NCBI GenBank assembly: GCA_964622505.1
Contig: CAZUQJ010000002.1
Coordinates: forward strand, 71,905 to 135,904
DNA length: 64,000 bases
Reading direction: 5' to 3'
Origin: an uncultured Candidatus Saccharibacteria bacterium
GTDB taxonomy: Bacteria > Patescibacteriota > Minisyncoccia > Phycocordibacterales > UBA9973
Shown here: positions 26,797 to 36,079 of the stretch, in pieces
Layout: the number at the start of each line of letters is the position of its first letter
How positions within the stretch are numbered: the stretch's first letter is position 1
The notes under the pieces: generated by a model
The model's database searches: none
What the model was told of the DNA's origin: nothing
The model's input: only the letters and a program-made list of their open reading frames with translations
Position numbers and translations under genes: made by a program

Positions 26797-27534
26797 ATGT
26801 ATAAAAAAGAAAGAAAATTTAATAAAAAAATAGACGATAAAAACTGGCAAGTGTTATTTAACACGCATTTTCAGAGTATGCAGTCACTCGGCGCAGTGAG
26901 TACTATGTGGATCAACGGATTCTCGAAACTTGGTTTTGATAATTCACAAATGCCAACAGCAGAAGCGATAAATGAGGTTTCAAAAAAATATACCGGATAC
27001 ACTTTTATCCAAACAGACGAGCGGATTATTATTCCGCAACCAGAATGGTACACAATGGTGGCAAATTATCAGCTTCCCCTCTCCAACTTCTTGCGCACAC
27101 CAGAAGAGCTTGATTATTGCGATGAGCCGGATATTTGGCACGAGATCATGGGGCACGTTGCGTTCCTGATGAATAAAGATTATTCCGACATGTATCTGTC
27201 TCTCGCAAAATTGTATATCAAGGCGTACACCAAAGATCCAAAAAATGAAACAGGAATTCTAGATAAGGTTGATTTCCTGAGCGGATACCTGATCGAGCTT
27301 GGGTTGATCCAAGAGCCAACAGGATTAAAAGCATTTGGCTCGACATTGTATTCATCTGGAGAACTGCGAGAAGCCTTTAAACCAGAAAATCAAAAAAAGT
27401 TTTCTCTTGAAATTCTTGACCAAATCAAAGGTGTTCAAAATTACGACCGATCAGCATTTCAAGGTACTTATTACATTCTTGAGAGTTTGGATCAAATGAA
27501 TGAAGCTATAGAATATCTTTCAAAAAATATATAG
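26797..27534 (+). CDS. Biopterin-dependent aromatic amino acid hydroxylase (phenylalanine-4-hydroxylase-like)
   Basis: Iron-binding signature EPDIWHEIMGHVAFL and ...YLIELGLIQEPTGLKAFGSTLYSSGEL are collinear with PhhA; ORF opens at 26698 but start set at ATG 26797, which avoids overlap. Confidence 0.65.
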   Translation: MYKKERKFNKKIDDKNWQVLFNTHFQSMQSLGAVSTMWINGFSKLGFDNSQMPTAEAINEVSKKYTGYTFIQTDERIIIPQPEWYTMVANYQLPLSNFLRTPEELDYCDEPDIWHEIMGHVAFLMNKDYSDMYLSLAKLYIKAYTKDPKNETGILDKVDFLSGYLIELGLIQEPTGLKAFGSTLYSSGELREAFKPENQKKFSLEILDQIKGVQNYDRSAFQGTYYILESLDQMNEAIEYLSKNI

Positions 27535-27585
27535 ATTTATTGACAAACAGGTGTGAAATGGTAGGATTTAGAAAAAAGAAATATC

Positions 27586-28035
27586 ATGGAATCAAAAAAA
27601 ATTTTCACAATTTGTGCGGTAGCAGTGTTACTGTTTTCTGCTTATGCTCTCTATGTCATTGATACAATGACAGTACGAGGAGCCATTGTAATGATCGGCT
27701 TCTCTGTCACATTCTTTCTTTTAGGTGTTGCCTGGGGAAAATCTACTCTTTATTCTATTTCACCCAATAAAGAATATACTTATTGGGGTAGGGCTGGGGA
27801 ATTGATTTTCCTCCAAGATGATTATGAAGATATTCATAGTGCGTACTCTTTAAGTGATCAGCTTAGTAGTAGCCCTTTCGAGCCTAATTATTCTGAAGCA
27901 AATGATATCGTTGTTCAGAAAATTCAAAGGTTCAGAGTCTACAAAGCAACAGTATTGAACGGTGCCAGGTTACGTTTGGGTCAAAAGTGTATTGGCCTTG
28001 CAAATAACCAAATCAAAGGTAAAAAAAATAAATAA
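27586..28035 (+). CDS. Hypothetical membrane protein
   Basis: Two N-terminal TM helices; hairpin terminator aagcccacgta-gta-tacgtgggctt downstream. Confidence 0.4.
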   Translation: MESKKIFTICAVAVLLFSAYALYVIDTMTVRGAIVMIGFSVTFFLLGVAWGKSTLYSISPNKEYTYWGRAGELIFLQDDYEDIHSAYSLSDQLSSSPFEPNYSEANDIVVQKIQRFRVYKATVLNGARLRLGQKCIGLANNQIKGKKNK

Positions 28036-28141
28036 TATATTTTTAAAAAATTCTATAATATAAGCCCACGTAGTATACGTGGGCTTACTTTATGTTACAA
28101 TTATTGTACGACGCTTCGGCAGGCTCAGCGTAAAACACTAA

Positions 28142-29116
28142 ATGTTAAACAAATTAGAACAATTAAAAAGAGAATTTCTGGAGCATGTGGAGATCGAGCG
28201 TGGTAATAGTCTGCGCACGGTCCAGAATTACGATTACTATGTTTCGCGCTTTTTGGAGTTTGCCAAGATTTCTGAGCCGAAACAGATCACCGATGACAAA
28301 ATCCGTGAATTTCGTTTGCATCTAAATCGCCAAAACGGAGCCAAGATTCGTGGGCAAGTAGCGAGTAATATGAAAAAGAATACACAGAATTACCACCTCA
28401 TAGCTCTACGCATGTTTCTAAAATATCTTATGAAACGAGAAATCCCCTCCTTGCCTCCAGATCGAATAGAGCTCGCAAAGACTAAACAGCGGTCACTCGA
28501 CTTGATCTCGGTAGACGAGCTCACTCGCCTTTTGAATGCACCAATGCAAAATCCTGAGAGGTCCGACCTCAAGGGAGCCCGAGGTCCGACCTCTGGGGAT
28601 TCTGGGAGCAAAACTCTGCGTGACAAAGCAATCTTGGAATTATTTTTCTCTACTGGGCTTCGTTTGGCGGAGTTGTGTTCACTTGATCGTGACTTGGATT
28701 TATCACGAGACGATTTTTCTGTCCGTGGTAAAGGGGAAAAGGTGCGCGTGGTATTCCTAAGTGATTCTGCCAAAGATGCAATAAAAGCGTATTTAAAAAA
28801 CAGAAAGGATATGGATGCGCCGTTGTTTGTACAGAATTCTAAAAACAAAACAGGCACAGGTCGCCTGACTCCCCGCTCGATCGAGAGGATAGTGAAACAG
28901 TACGCGATCAAGGCCGGCATTTCTAAGAAAGTGACGCCACACGTGATCCGCCATAGCTTCGCCACGGACTTACTTTCCAATGGCGCTGACATTCGCTCGG
29001 TCCAAATGATGCTCGGCCATGCGAGCATTGTGACAACACAAATCTATACACACGTGACTGACTCACAGCTCCGCGATGTTCACAAGAAATTCCACAGCAA
29101 ATCAAAAGGTAAATAA
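28142..29116 (+). CDS. Tyrosine site-specific recombinase XerC/XerD family
   Basis: Catalytic-domain motifs LRDKAILELFFSTGLRLAEL, HVIRHSFATDLL, GHASIVTTQIYTHV; carries an extra ~17 aa between the LLNAP and LRDKA blocks. Confidence 0.9.
   Translation: MLNKLEQLKREFLEHVEIERGNSLRTVQNYDYYVSRFLEFAKISEPKQITDDKIREFRLHLNRQNGAKIRGQVASNMKKNTQNYHLIALRMFLKYLMKREIPSLPPDRIELAKTKQRSLDLISVDELTRLLNAPMQNPERSDLKGARGPTSGDSGSKTLRDKAILELFFSTGLRLAELCSLDRDLDLSRDDFSVRGKGEKVRVVFLSDSAKDAIKAYLKNRKDMDAPLFVQNSKNKTGTGRLTPRSIERIVKQYAIKAGISKKVTPHVIRHSFATDLLSNGADIRSVQMMLGHASIVTTQIYTHVTDSQLRDVHKKFHSKSKGK
28558..28593. repeat. Palindromic-family element copy B (gaggtccgacctc-aagggagccc-gaggtccgacctc) inside recombinase ORF, in frame
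   Basis: Same core aagggagccc and arm agg(t/a)ccgacc as copy A but with arms in direct orientation; encodes ...ERSDLKGARGPTS... in a loop that is ~7 aa in E. coli XerD. Confidence 0.6.
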
Positions 29117-29137
29117 AAATTTGCTATACTATATTAT

Positions 29138-29932
29138 ATGAAAATAATTTCTTGGAATACAAATGGGTTGCGGGCGACTGTTAAGCAAGGTAATTTTGAT
29201 CCGCTTTTTACTAAGCACAAAATGGATATTCTTTGCTTGCAAGAGACAAAATGCGAGGCTGTACAGCTCGATGAAGCCACTCGCAACAAGAAAGGCTACA
29301 CATCCTACTTCTCACACTCACTCGGGCGCAAGGGGTATAGTGGTGTGGCAATTTATACAAAAATAATTCCAGAGAAAGTGGAATACGGGATCGGCATCCC
29401 AGGGCTCGATGATGAAGGGCGCACAGTGGTAGCGTATTTTAAAAAGGGTGACTTCGGTATGAAGAATAAATTTATTTTAATCAATTGCTATTTCCCAAAC
29501 GGTGGCCAAGGCCCACACAGATTAAAATACAAGTTGGAATTCTACGAAGCCTTTTTGAAATTGATAGATAGGAAGAAGAAATTGGGCTACTCAATTATTT
29601 TCACCGGAGATGTAAACACTGCACACGAATCAGTGGATCTTGCTCGCCCGAAAGCAAATGAGGAGAACACAGGCTTCCTACCGATCGAACGCGCGTGGAT
29701 TACAAAAGTGATCGCACATGACTATATAGATACTTTCCGCCACCTCTATCCGAATGCAAAAGATATGTATAGTTACTGGGACCAAAAGACTGCATCTCGC
29801 GACAGGAATGTGGGCTGGAGGATAGATTACTTTTTCGTTTCCAAAGATTTAATCAAGAGTGTGGAGGAGTCCAAAATGCTCACAGATTACATGGGCTCGG
29901 ACCACTGCCCTATTGTGTTGGAGTTAAAATAA
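29138..29932 (+). CDS. xth: Exodeoxyribonuclease III / AP endonuclease
   Basis: MKIISWNTNGLRA, LCLQETK, DVNTAHESVDL, SDHCPIV: full EEP-family Xth signature. Confidence 0.95.
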   Translation: MKIISWNTNGLRATVKQGNFDPLFTKHKMDILCLQETKCEAVQLDEATRNKKGYTSYFSHSLGRKGYSGVAIYTKIIPEKVEYGIGIPGLDDEGRTVVAYFKKGDFGMKNKFILINCYFPNGGQGPHRLKYKLEFYEAFLKLIDRKKKLGYSIIFTGDVNTAHESVDLARPKANEENTGFLPIERAWITKVIAHDYIDTFRHLYPNAKDMYSYWDQKTASRDRNVGWRIDYFFVSKDLIKSVEESKMLTDYMGSDHCPIVLELK

Positions 29933-29954
29933 TAAATATGAGACAATAGAATAT

Positions 29955-31652
29955 ATGGAAACAAAGAACTGCCAGAATTGTAAAAAGGATTTCGTCATCG
30001 ACGAACGAGATGCGCTTTATTACAAGAAGATAAATGTCCCCCACCCTACTTGGTGCCCTGGGTGCCGGTTTGTCCGTAGGGAAGCAAAGATAAATGGCTT
30101 TACTGTTTTTTATCGTAATTGCGATCTGTGTGGCAAGCGTACCCTCTCAGCTTATCCACCATCACAGAAAATTACCGTATATTGCCAGCCGTGTTGGTGG
30201 GGTGACACTTGGGACGGCACAGAGTTTGCAATGGATTATGACTCAAGTCGTAATTTTCTCGAACAAGTAAAAGAACTCAGTGACAAAACTCCTTTTTGCG
30301 CACTCGAGACAACATATCTAACTCTCAAAGATTGTGAGTATTGCAATGCAATTGCTTATAGCAAAAATTGTATTCTGGCTAGCTGGTCCGATTATTGTGA
30401 AAATGTTTGCTACTCGGGATTTAATAATGGCGTCAAAGATACCTCCGACTGCTTGCGCATGCAGGATTCTGAGCTGTGTTATGAATCTATCGGGCAAAAT
30501 AAATCCTATCGCACTTTATATTCCGAAGAATGTGATTCCTGTACTGATGTAATGTTCTCTCGCAATTGCTATAGCTCGACAAATTGTATTGGTTGTGTAA
30601 ATTTACGCGGGGCGACATATATGATTTTCAATGTGAAATATTCAAAGGAAGAATATGCCGAGAAAGTAAAAGAGATGAAGCTTGATACTCGATCGGGGAT
30701 CAAAAAAGCAAAAGAAGAATCCGAGAAATTCTGGAAAACATTCCCCTACCGCGCATATAGTGGCAATACTTTCAACCTCAATACTACAGGCGAATATGTG
30801 TATGGTTCCAAAAATTCTAAAGAAATGTATATTTCAAACGGCGCCGAGGATTGCCGGAACTGCCAATTTGTCACAGTAGCGCCGGCGCGCGATTGTATGG
30901 ATTATTCAGGCTGGGGCAACAATGCGCAACTAATTTATGAATCGGCAAATATTGGTGACAATGTGAGTAATGTAAAATTTTCTTGTTACTGCTTTCCTGA
31001 TGTATTAAACACTGAATATAGTATGTGGGTGATTGCGGGTAAAAATAATTTCGGCTGCGTGAATCTCAAGCGCAAGCAATACGCGATACTTAACAAAGTT
31101 TACGATCAAAGTACTTACGAGAAATTGAAGGAGCAAATAATAGAGAGTATGAAAAACGATCCTTATATAGATAAACTGGGCAGAGTGTATACTTATGGTG
31201 AATTTTTTCCACCAGAATTTGGTAAGTTCCCGTACAACGCATCGAATGTAAGCAAATTTATCCCAAAGACAAAAGAGCAAGCCGAGAGTGAGGGATATTT
31301 CTGGCACGAAGAGCCCGAGACTGTTGTCGAATCTACAATTGATGGCAACAATTTACCCGAGACATTGGCTGAAAGTGGGGATGCAATTTTAAACGAAGTT
31401 ATAGCTTGTACAACTTGCCCAAAGAAATACAAAATAATTCAACTCGAATATAGCATCTTGCAAAGATTAAACATTCCAATCCCAGACCAATGCTCAAAAT
31501 GCCGAGAAAAAAATCGCTTTGCAAAAATTAACCCACCTATATTCTACGAGCGTAATTGCGCGAAATGCAATGAAATTGTCACCACCGCCTATACTCCCGA
31601 AAGACCCGAAGTAATCTATTGCGAAAAATGCTACCAAGGAGAATTTGTTTAA
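29955..31652 (+). CDS. Cysteine-rich protein with terminal zinc-ribbon modules (paralog 2 of 3)
   Basis: N-term CQNCKKDF...YYKKINVPHPTWCPGCRFVRR...CDLCGK...YCQPCWW, C-term CTTCPKKYKIIQLEYSILQRLNIPIPDQCSKCREKNR...CAKCNE...YCEKCYQGEFV; collinear with 6817..8502. Confidence 0.7.
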   Translation: METKNCQNCKKDFVIDERDALYYKKINVPHPTWCPGCRFVRREAKINGFTVFYRNCDLCGKRTLSAYPPSQKITVYCQPCWWGDTWDGTEFAMDYDSSRNFLEQVKELSDKTPFCALETTYLTLKDCEYCNAIAYSKNCILASWSDYCENVCYSGFNNGVKDTSDCLRMQDSELCYESIGQNKSYRTLYSEECDSCTDVMFSRNCYSSTNCIGCVNLRGATYMIFNVKYSKEEYAEKVKEMKLDTRSGIKKAKEESEKFWKTFPYRAYSGNTFNLNTTGEYVYGSKNSKEMYISNGAEDCRNCQFVTVAPARDCMDYSGWGNNAQLIYESANIGDNVSNVKFSCYCFPDVLNTEYSMWVIAGKNNFGCVNLKRKQYAILNKVYDQSTYEKLKEQIIESMKNDPYIDKLGRVYTYGEFFPPEFGKFPYNASNVSKFIPKTKEQAESEGYFWHEEPETVVESTIDGNNLPETLAESGDAILNEVIACTTCPKKYKIIQLEYSILQRLNIPIPDQCSKCREKNRFAKINPPIFYERNCAKCNEIVTTAYTPERPEVIYCEKCYQGEFV

Positions 31653-31655
31653 CAA

Positions 31656-31685
31656 AAGCCCAAAGCAATGCTTTGGGCTTTTGTT
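31656..31685 (+). terminator. Hairpin aagcccaaagc-aat-gctttgggctttt between tandem Cys-rich genes
   Basis: 9-bp stem + T run; nearly identical hairpin at 36058-36081. Confidence 0.5.
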
Positions 31686-31712
31686 ATGTATTTGCTATGT
31701 TATACTTTTTGT

Positions 31713-33494
31713 ATGGAAAATAAAACATGTCAGAATTGTAAACAAAACTTTAATATAGAGGTTGATGATGTGTCTTTTTATACACGGATGAATGTGCCCT
31801 ATCCTACCTTTTGCCCTATGTGTCGTGCGCAGCGACGTTTGGCTTTCCGCAATGAGCGTGGACTATATAAGCGCAAGAGTGATTATAGTGGTAAAGAAAT
31901 TTTCTCTATGTATTCCAATGAATCACCAGTCAAAGTTTACGAGCGTGATGTGTGGCTATCGGATGTGTGGGACCCGACAGAGTACGGGCGCGACATTGAC
32001 TGGTCCAGACCGTTTCTCTCCCAACTTTATGAGCTTATGCTTGAGGTGCCATTCAAGGCCAACAATCTTGTCCATGGAGTTGATAGTGAATACTCCAACA
32101 ATGCCACAGACCCAAAGAATTGCTATCTCGTATTCAATGCCACCAATCCCGAAGACTGCATGTACTCCAATGGCGTCAATTTCTCTCGCGATTGTGTAGA
32201 TTGCTCACATATTTCAAAAACAGAATCAAGCTACGGTAGCTTTTGGCTAGGTTCCTGTTACCGCACTCATTACTCATCTCAATGTGTAGATTCGAGTGAT
32301 TTGTATTTTTGTCGAGATTGCCAAGGATGCCTCAATTGTTTCGGCTCAGTAAATTTGCGTAACAAGAGCTACTGCTTCTTCAACGAGCAGATGACAAAAG
32401 AGGAATATAATAAAAGAGTTGAGGAGTATAAATTACACACTCACGAGGGTGTCGAGAGGGCGACAAAAGATAGCAAAGAATTTTGGAATAAATTCCCAAA
32501 CAAAAATCACCAAGGGATAAAAAATTATTTTTGTGATGGATCGTATGTTAGCAATTCCAAAAATGTCCATGGATCATTCCTAGTTCGTGAATCCGAAAAT
32601 ATAAAATATAGTCAGTATTTACAAGAGACTCCAGGATGTAAAGATTGCTACGACTATAGTATTTGGGGTGATGGCGCCGAGCTTGTGTACGAGGCTGTGT
32701 CTTGTGGAAGCGGTATACAAAATGTAAAGTTCGCATTACTTACACAGGAGAATGTACACGATACAGAATATACTATCAATTGTACAAACGGATCACAAAA
32801 TTTATTTGGCTGTGTGGGCTTGCGCAAATATGAATACTGCATACTCAATAAACAATATACAAAAGAGGAATATGAAATTTTGGTAGATAAAATAAAAAAG
32901 CACATGGAAGAAATGCCATATGTAGATAAAGAGGGCCGCGTATATAAATACGGCGAATATTATCCTATCGAGATGAGTCCGTGGGCTTACAACGAAACTC
33001 TAGCTCACGAATACTTCCCTCTAAAGAAGGATCAGGCTCTAGAACAAGGATACCGTTGGCGTGATCAAGATGCAAAAGCGTACGTACCAACAATGTTAGT
33101 GGAGAATATTCCGGCAGATATTCATGAAGTACCAGAAACGATAACTTCCGAGATTATAGAATGTGCACACAAGAGCGCTTGCAATCATAATTGCACAAAA
33201 GCATTCAGGGTTACCATAGACGAGCTTTCGTTTTATCGAAAAGTTGGGATACCACTGCCCACTCTGTGCCCTGCCTGCCGTACCATGGAGCGACTCAATT
33301 TCCGACTGCCGATCAAATTGTATGACCGTACTTGTATGTGTGCTGGCGCTAGTGATATCACTGGCCAATACCAAAATGTAGGAACTCATGCTCATGCCGG
33401 ATCACTTTGTGAGGAAACATTCAAAACAGGCTTTTCCCCAGATGGAGATGCGATAGTCTATTGCGAGAAATGCTACCAGCAAGAAGTGATTTAA
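31713..33494 (+). CDS. Cysteine-rich protein with terminal zinc-ribbon modules (paralog 3 of 3; second N-terminal Zn site degenerate)
   Basis: ORF opens at 31668 but start set at ATG 31713 (MENKTCQNCKQNF...) by analogy with the paralogs; N-terminus keeps CxxC...FCPMCR but has replaced the next four Cys (KRKSDYSGK...YERDVW); C-terminus ends YCEKCYQQEVI. Confidence 0.7.
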   Translation: MENKTCQNCKQNFNIEVDDVSFYTRMNVPYPTFCPMCRAQRRLAFRNERGLYKRKSDYSGKEIFSMYSNESPVKVYERDVWLSDVWDPTEYGRDIDWSRPFLSQLYELMLEVPFKANNLVHGVDSEYSNNATDPKNCYLVFNATNPEDCMYSNGVNFSRDCVDCSHISKTESSYGSFWLGSCYRTHYSSQCVDSSDLYFCRDCQGCLNCFGSVNLRNKSYCFFNEQMTKEEYNKRVEEYKLHTHEGVERATKDSKEFWNKFPNKNHQGIKNYFCDGSYVSNSKNVHGSFLVRESENIKYSQYLQETPGCKDCYDYSIWGDGAELVYEAVSCGSGIQNVKFALLTQENVHDTEYTINCTNGSQNLFGCVGLRKYEYCILNKQYTKEEYEILVDKIKKHMEEMPYVDKEGRVYKYGEYYPIEMSPWAYNETLAHEYFPLKKDQALEQGYRWRDQDAKAYVPTMLVENIPADIHEVPETITSEIIECAHKSACNHNCTKAFRVTIDELSFYRKVGIPLPTLCPACRTMERLNFRLPIKLYDRTCMCAGASDITGQYQNVGTHAHAGSLCEETFKTGFSPDGDAIVYCEKCYQQEVI

Positions 33495-33561
33495 AATAAC
33501 TTGCAAAAGTGGTTTTGTATGTTATAATGTAGAAAAATTTCACACCCTAATAATTATACAT

Positions 33562-33780
33562 ATGTTAAAACAGTTATTTGTTTTCTTTACTATCATGGGA
33601 ATAATATTCCTTTGGGCATGGGCTAATGCTCCTCTAAAAAATGCTTTGTTTCTAACTCTCGTTCTTATTGTGGTTTTTGCGTTGTATTTAATTTCTAACA
33701 ATGCAAAAATTGGTCCTAAGGGGTTTTATGTGCCCGACGAAAATGAAAATGAAAATGAAAAGGAGATTCCTTTTAATTAA
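33562..33780 (+). CDS. Small hypothetical membrane protein
   Basis: 72 aa, two TM helices; TTGCAA-N16/17-TATAAT promoter at ~33505-33535. Confidence 0.4.
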   Translation: MLKQLFVFFTIMGIIFLWAWANAPLKNALFLTLVLIVVFALYLISNNAKIGPKGFYVPDENENENEKEIPFN

Positions 33781-33814
33781 ATTTTTGCCAAAAAGACATT
33801 ATGTGCTATGAAAA

Positions 33815-33848
33815 TGTAAGGTCGGTTCAGAAATGGACCGGCTTTTTT
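33815..33848. repeat. Palindromic-family element copy C (gtaaggtcggttc-agaaat-ggaccggc + T run)
   Basis: Shares the tgtaaggtcggt...ggaccg arms with copy A but has a different loop; also acts as a terminator-like hairpin. Confidence 0.45.
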
Positions 33849-33908
33849 ATTCCCCTACCAAATCTGATATAATAAATATATTAGTAAATAAACTTTTTTA
33901 AAAAACAT

Positions 33909-34499
33909 ATGAAAACAATTTTAATAATTCTGGCGGTTTTGGTTATTGGTTGCGGGGTGTGGTATGCGATACAAACAAAGCCTGACGCAAATATTCCTCA
34001 AGCACAAGTGAGTGATACAGTTGCAGATCAAAATGAAGAAAAAGAAGAAAACACAGCGCCGGTTTCAAAAACCCAAGTAGACAATGCAAATGTAAAAGTT
34101 GCCTTCAAAGGCTTTGGTCCAGGCAAGGTTCACGATGGATCATTTGGTAAAGTGACTTCTGATATGTACTTTGTGGGTGATGCGTTGGCAGGAAGTATCT
34201 CTATCGATGTGGCATCGCTTTCAACAGACACAGAGAAGCTAACTACCCACTTGAATTCAAAAGACTTTTTTGATACAGCAAAATTCAAAACAGCTAGCTT
34301 TAAAATCACTGGGTGGAACGCAGGCACAGTAACAGGCACAATGACTATCCGTGGTATTGCAAAGACTGTTAGCTTCCCTGTTGCAATGTCAGGAGACGTG
34401 TACACTGCCGACTTTACTCTCAACATGAAGGATTTTGGCATCAATCAAAAATTTGCCAATGAGGAAATTGAGCTTATAGTAACAGTCCCTGTAAAATAA
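33909..34499 (+). CDS. YceI-like (polyisoprenoid-binding) domain protein, membrane anchored
   Basis: N-terminal TM helix then VAFKGFGPGKVHDGSFGKVTSDM...IDVASLSTDTEKLTTHLNSKDFFDTAKF...GTMTIRGIAKTVSFPV, typical YceI pattern. Confidence 0.55.
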   Translation: MKTILIILAVLVIGCGVWYAIQTKPDANIPQAQVSDTVADQNEEKEENTAPVSKTQVDNANVKVAFKGFGPGKVHDGSFGKVTSDMYFVGDALAGSISIDVASLSTDTEKLTTHLNSKDFFDTAKFKTASFKITGWNAGTVTGTMTIRGIAKTVSFPVAMSGDVYTADFTLNMKDFGINQKFANEEIELIVTVPVK

Positions 34500-34614
34500 G
34501 CTCAATAAGACTTCTATAAAATAGCCCGGAATTAGGGCTATTTTATTTTGTATTATAATATTTGACAAATTAGAAAAATAGTGTAGTATGAAGCAAACTT
34601 TAAAAACCTAAACA

Positions 34615-35997
34615 ATGCTAGCTTCCATCTCTGCTTCAGCCCTAGCTGAATTCAAAAAACCAAAAAGATTGATGTGTAGATTGTTCGATCATCTGTATCA
34701 TGATTTTCTACACTACTCTATTTACAAGGTCGTGTCTCCTGACAAAAGATCGCTCTACATTATTTTGGAAGTTATTCCTTATGATGATTTCCTCATTGAA
34801 GTGCTTTTTTACATAAGGCACATCACATCTAAAGAAGTTGCTTGTCGGATCACGCATGATAATGCGATAGAAATCTCGATCGGCAAAGACACAGATGAAA
34901 AGGAAATTGTTATTAAGAACGAATACTTTCAAGATTTTATGAAGCATTTTTCTGAAAAAGAGAAAAACGACTTTAAATCTCAAAACCCGGTAAAAACAGA
35001 GACCGCAACACCGGACAGTATAGTTGCATACTCATCAAATTCAAATTCTAAAAAATTTACAGTAATGACGAAACAAACAGTACACCCAACAACCTTGCCC
35101 GAACTTTTAAGTCGGCTAAACAATGATTTAAATTCAGAATTAAAACTTTATCTTGGAGAAGATTTTACAGCCCTTGATATTGATAAAAGTCCAGGGAATC
35201 GTATTTTTTTAAAAGCAAAAACGGTTGAAATACGAAAACAGGTAGAGTGCTATGATTGGACTTATTGTACAACCTCAAAACAGGAGAATGACCCGAATAC
35301 GAGAACCCTTTGGTTTTACCTGAAACCCGAGGAGCAAAAAACAAAAGGCTCTAAAGTGGAGATTTCACCAGAGAAAAAACACAGACTGGAAGCTCTGCAC
35401 GTAGTTGTTCTTAAGTTTGTTTTCGGTAAAAATTTCGTTTATCCATCCGATGTAAAAATTAATTTCACAGAAGGATATATTTCCTGCAATTGCAAAACCA
35501 AGGAAAAAGCCGATGAACTTAAAAAGTACTGCGATGAAGGTGATTTAGAGCATGTATTTATAACGAAAGATTCGTCCAAAGAACACCTTGTTTACATCAC
35601 CCATGTAGATAAAAGACCGGATGAAGTAATTGAAGTTACAAAAATTAAGCAGTATGCTCAATCCTTTTTATCTTTTGCGGATTCCTACACAGCTCAAAAG
35701 CTCGAACTTTTGAATGTTAAAAACCTTCTTCTGCTTCAAAAAAAGGAGATTGATGATTTGAAGCAAAAAAATGAAGGGCTTGAAAACTTGCTCAAAGCAG
35801 AAACGGAAGACAAAAATGCAAGATTGAGTAAGGAAGACATGTTACAAAAATTAGGGGAATCATTTAAAGCCCTTCAAGGTAAATATCCTTCGGTTCAAAT
35901 ATTCCGTCGGTACAAGAAGGATGATGGCACTGAGATTGGAGAAGAAATTAAAGAAAAAAGTTTCCTCGCCACACTCCATCTTTTGTTTGGAATTTGA
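34615..35997 (+). CDS. Hypothetical cytoplasmic protein with C-terminal coiled coil
   Basis: 460 aa, no signal peptide or TM, no recognisable motif; hairpin terminator agccgatcc-acaatta-ggatcggct + T run at 36022-36052. Confidence 0.45.
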   Translation: MLASISASALAEFKKPKRLMCRLFDHLYHDFLHYSIYKVVSPDKRSLYIILEVIPYDDFLIEVLFYIRHITSKEVACRITHDNAIEISIGKDTDEKEIVIKNEYFQDFMKHFSEKEKNDFKSQNPVKTETATPDSIVAYSSNSNSKKFTVMTKQTVHPTTLPELLSRLNNDLNSELKLYLGEDFTALDIDKSPGNRIFLKAKTVEIRKQVECYDWTYCTTSKQENDPNTRTLWFYLKPEEQKTKGSKVEISPEKKHRLEALHVVVLKFVFGKNFVYPSDVKINFTEGYISCNCKTKEKADELKKYCDEGDLEHVFITKDSSKEHLVYITHVDKRPDEVIEVTKIKQYAQSFLSFADSYTAQKLELLNVKNLLLLQKKEIDDLKQKNEGLENLLKAETEDKNARLSKEDMLQKLGESFKALQGKYPSVQIFRRYKKDDGTEIGEEIKEKSFLATLHLLFGI

Positions 35998-36079
35998 TCT
36001 ATGGAATTTTCTATTATAAATGAGCCGATCCACAATTAGGATCGGCTTTTTTAATTCAAGCCCAAAGCAAGGCTTCGGG

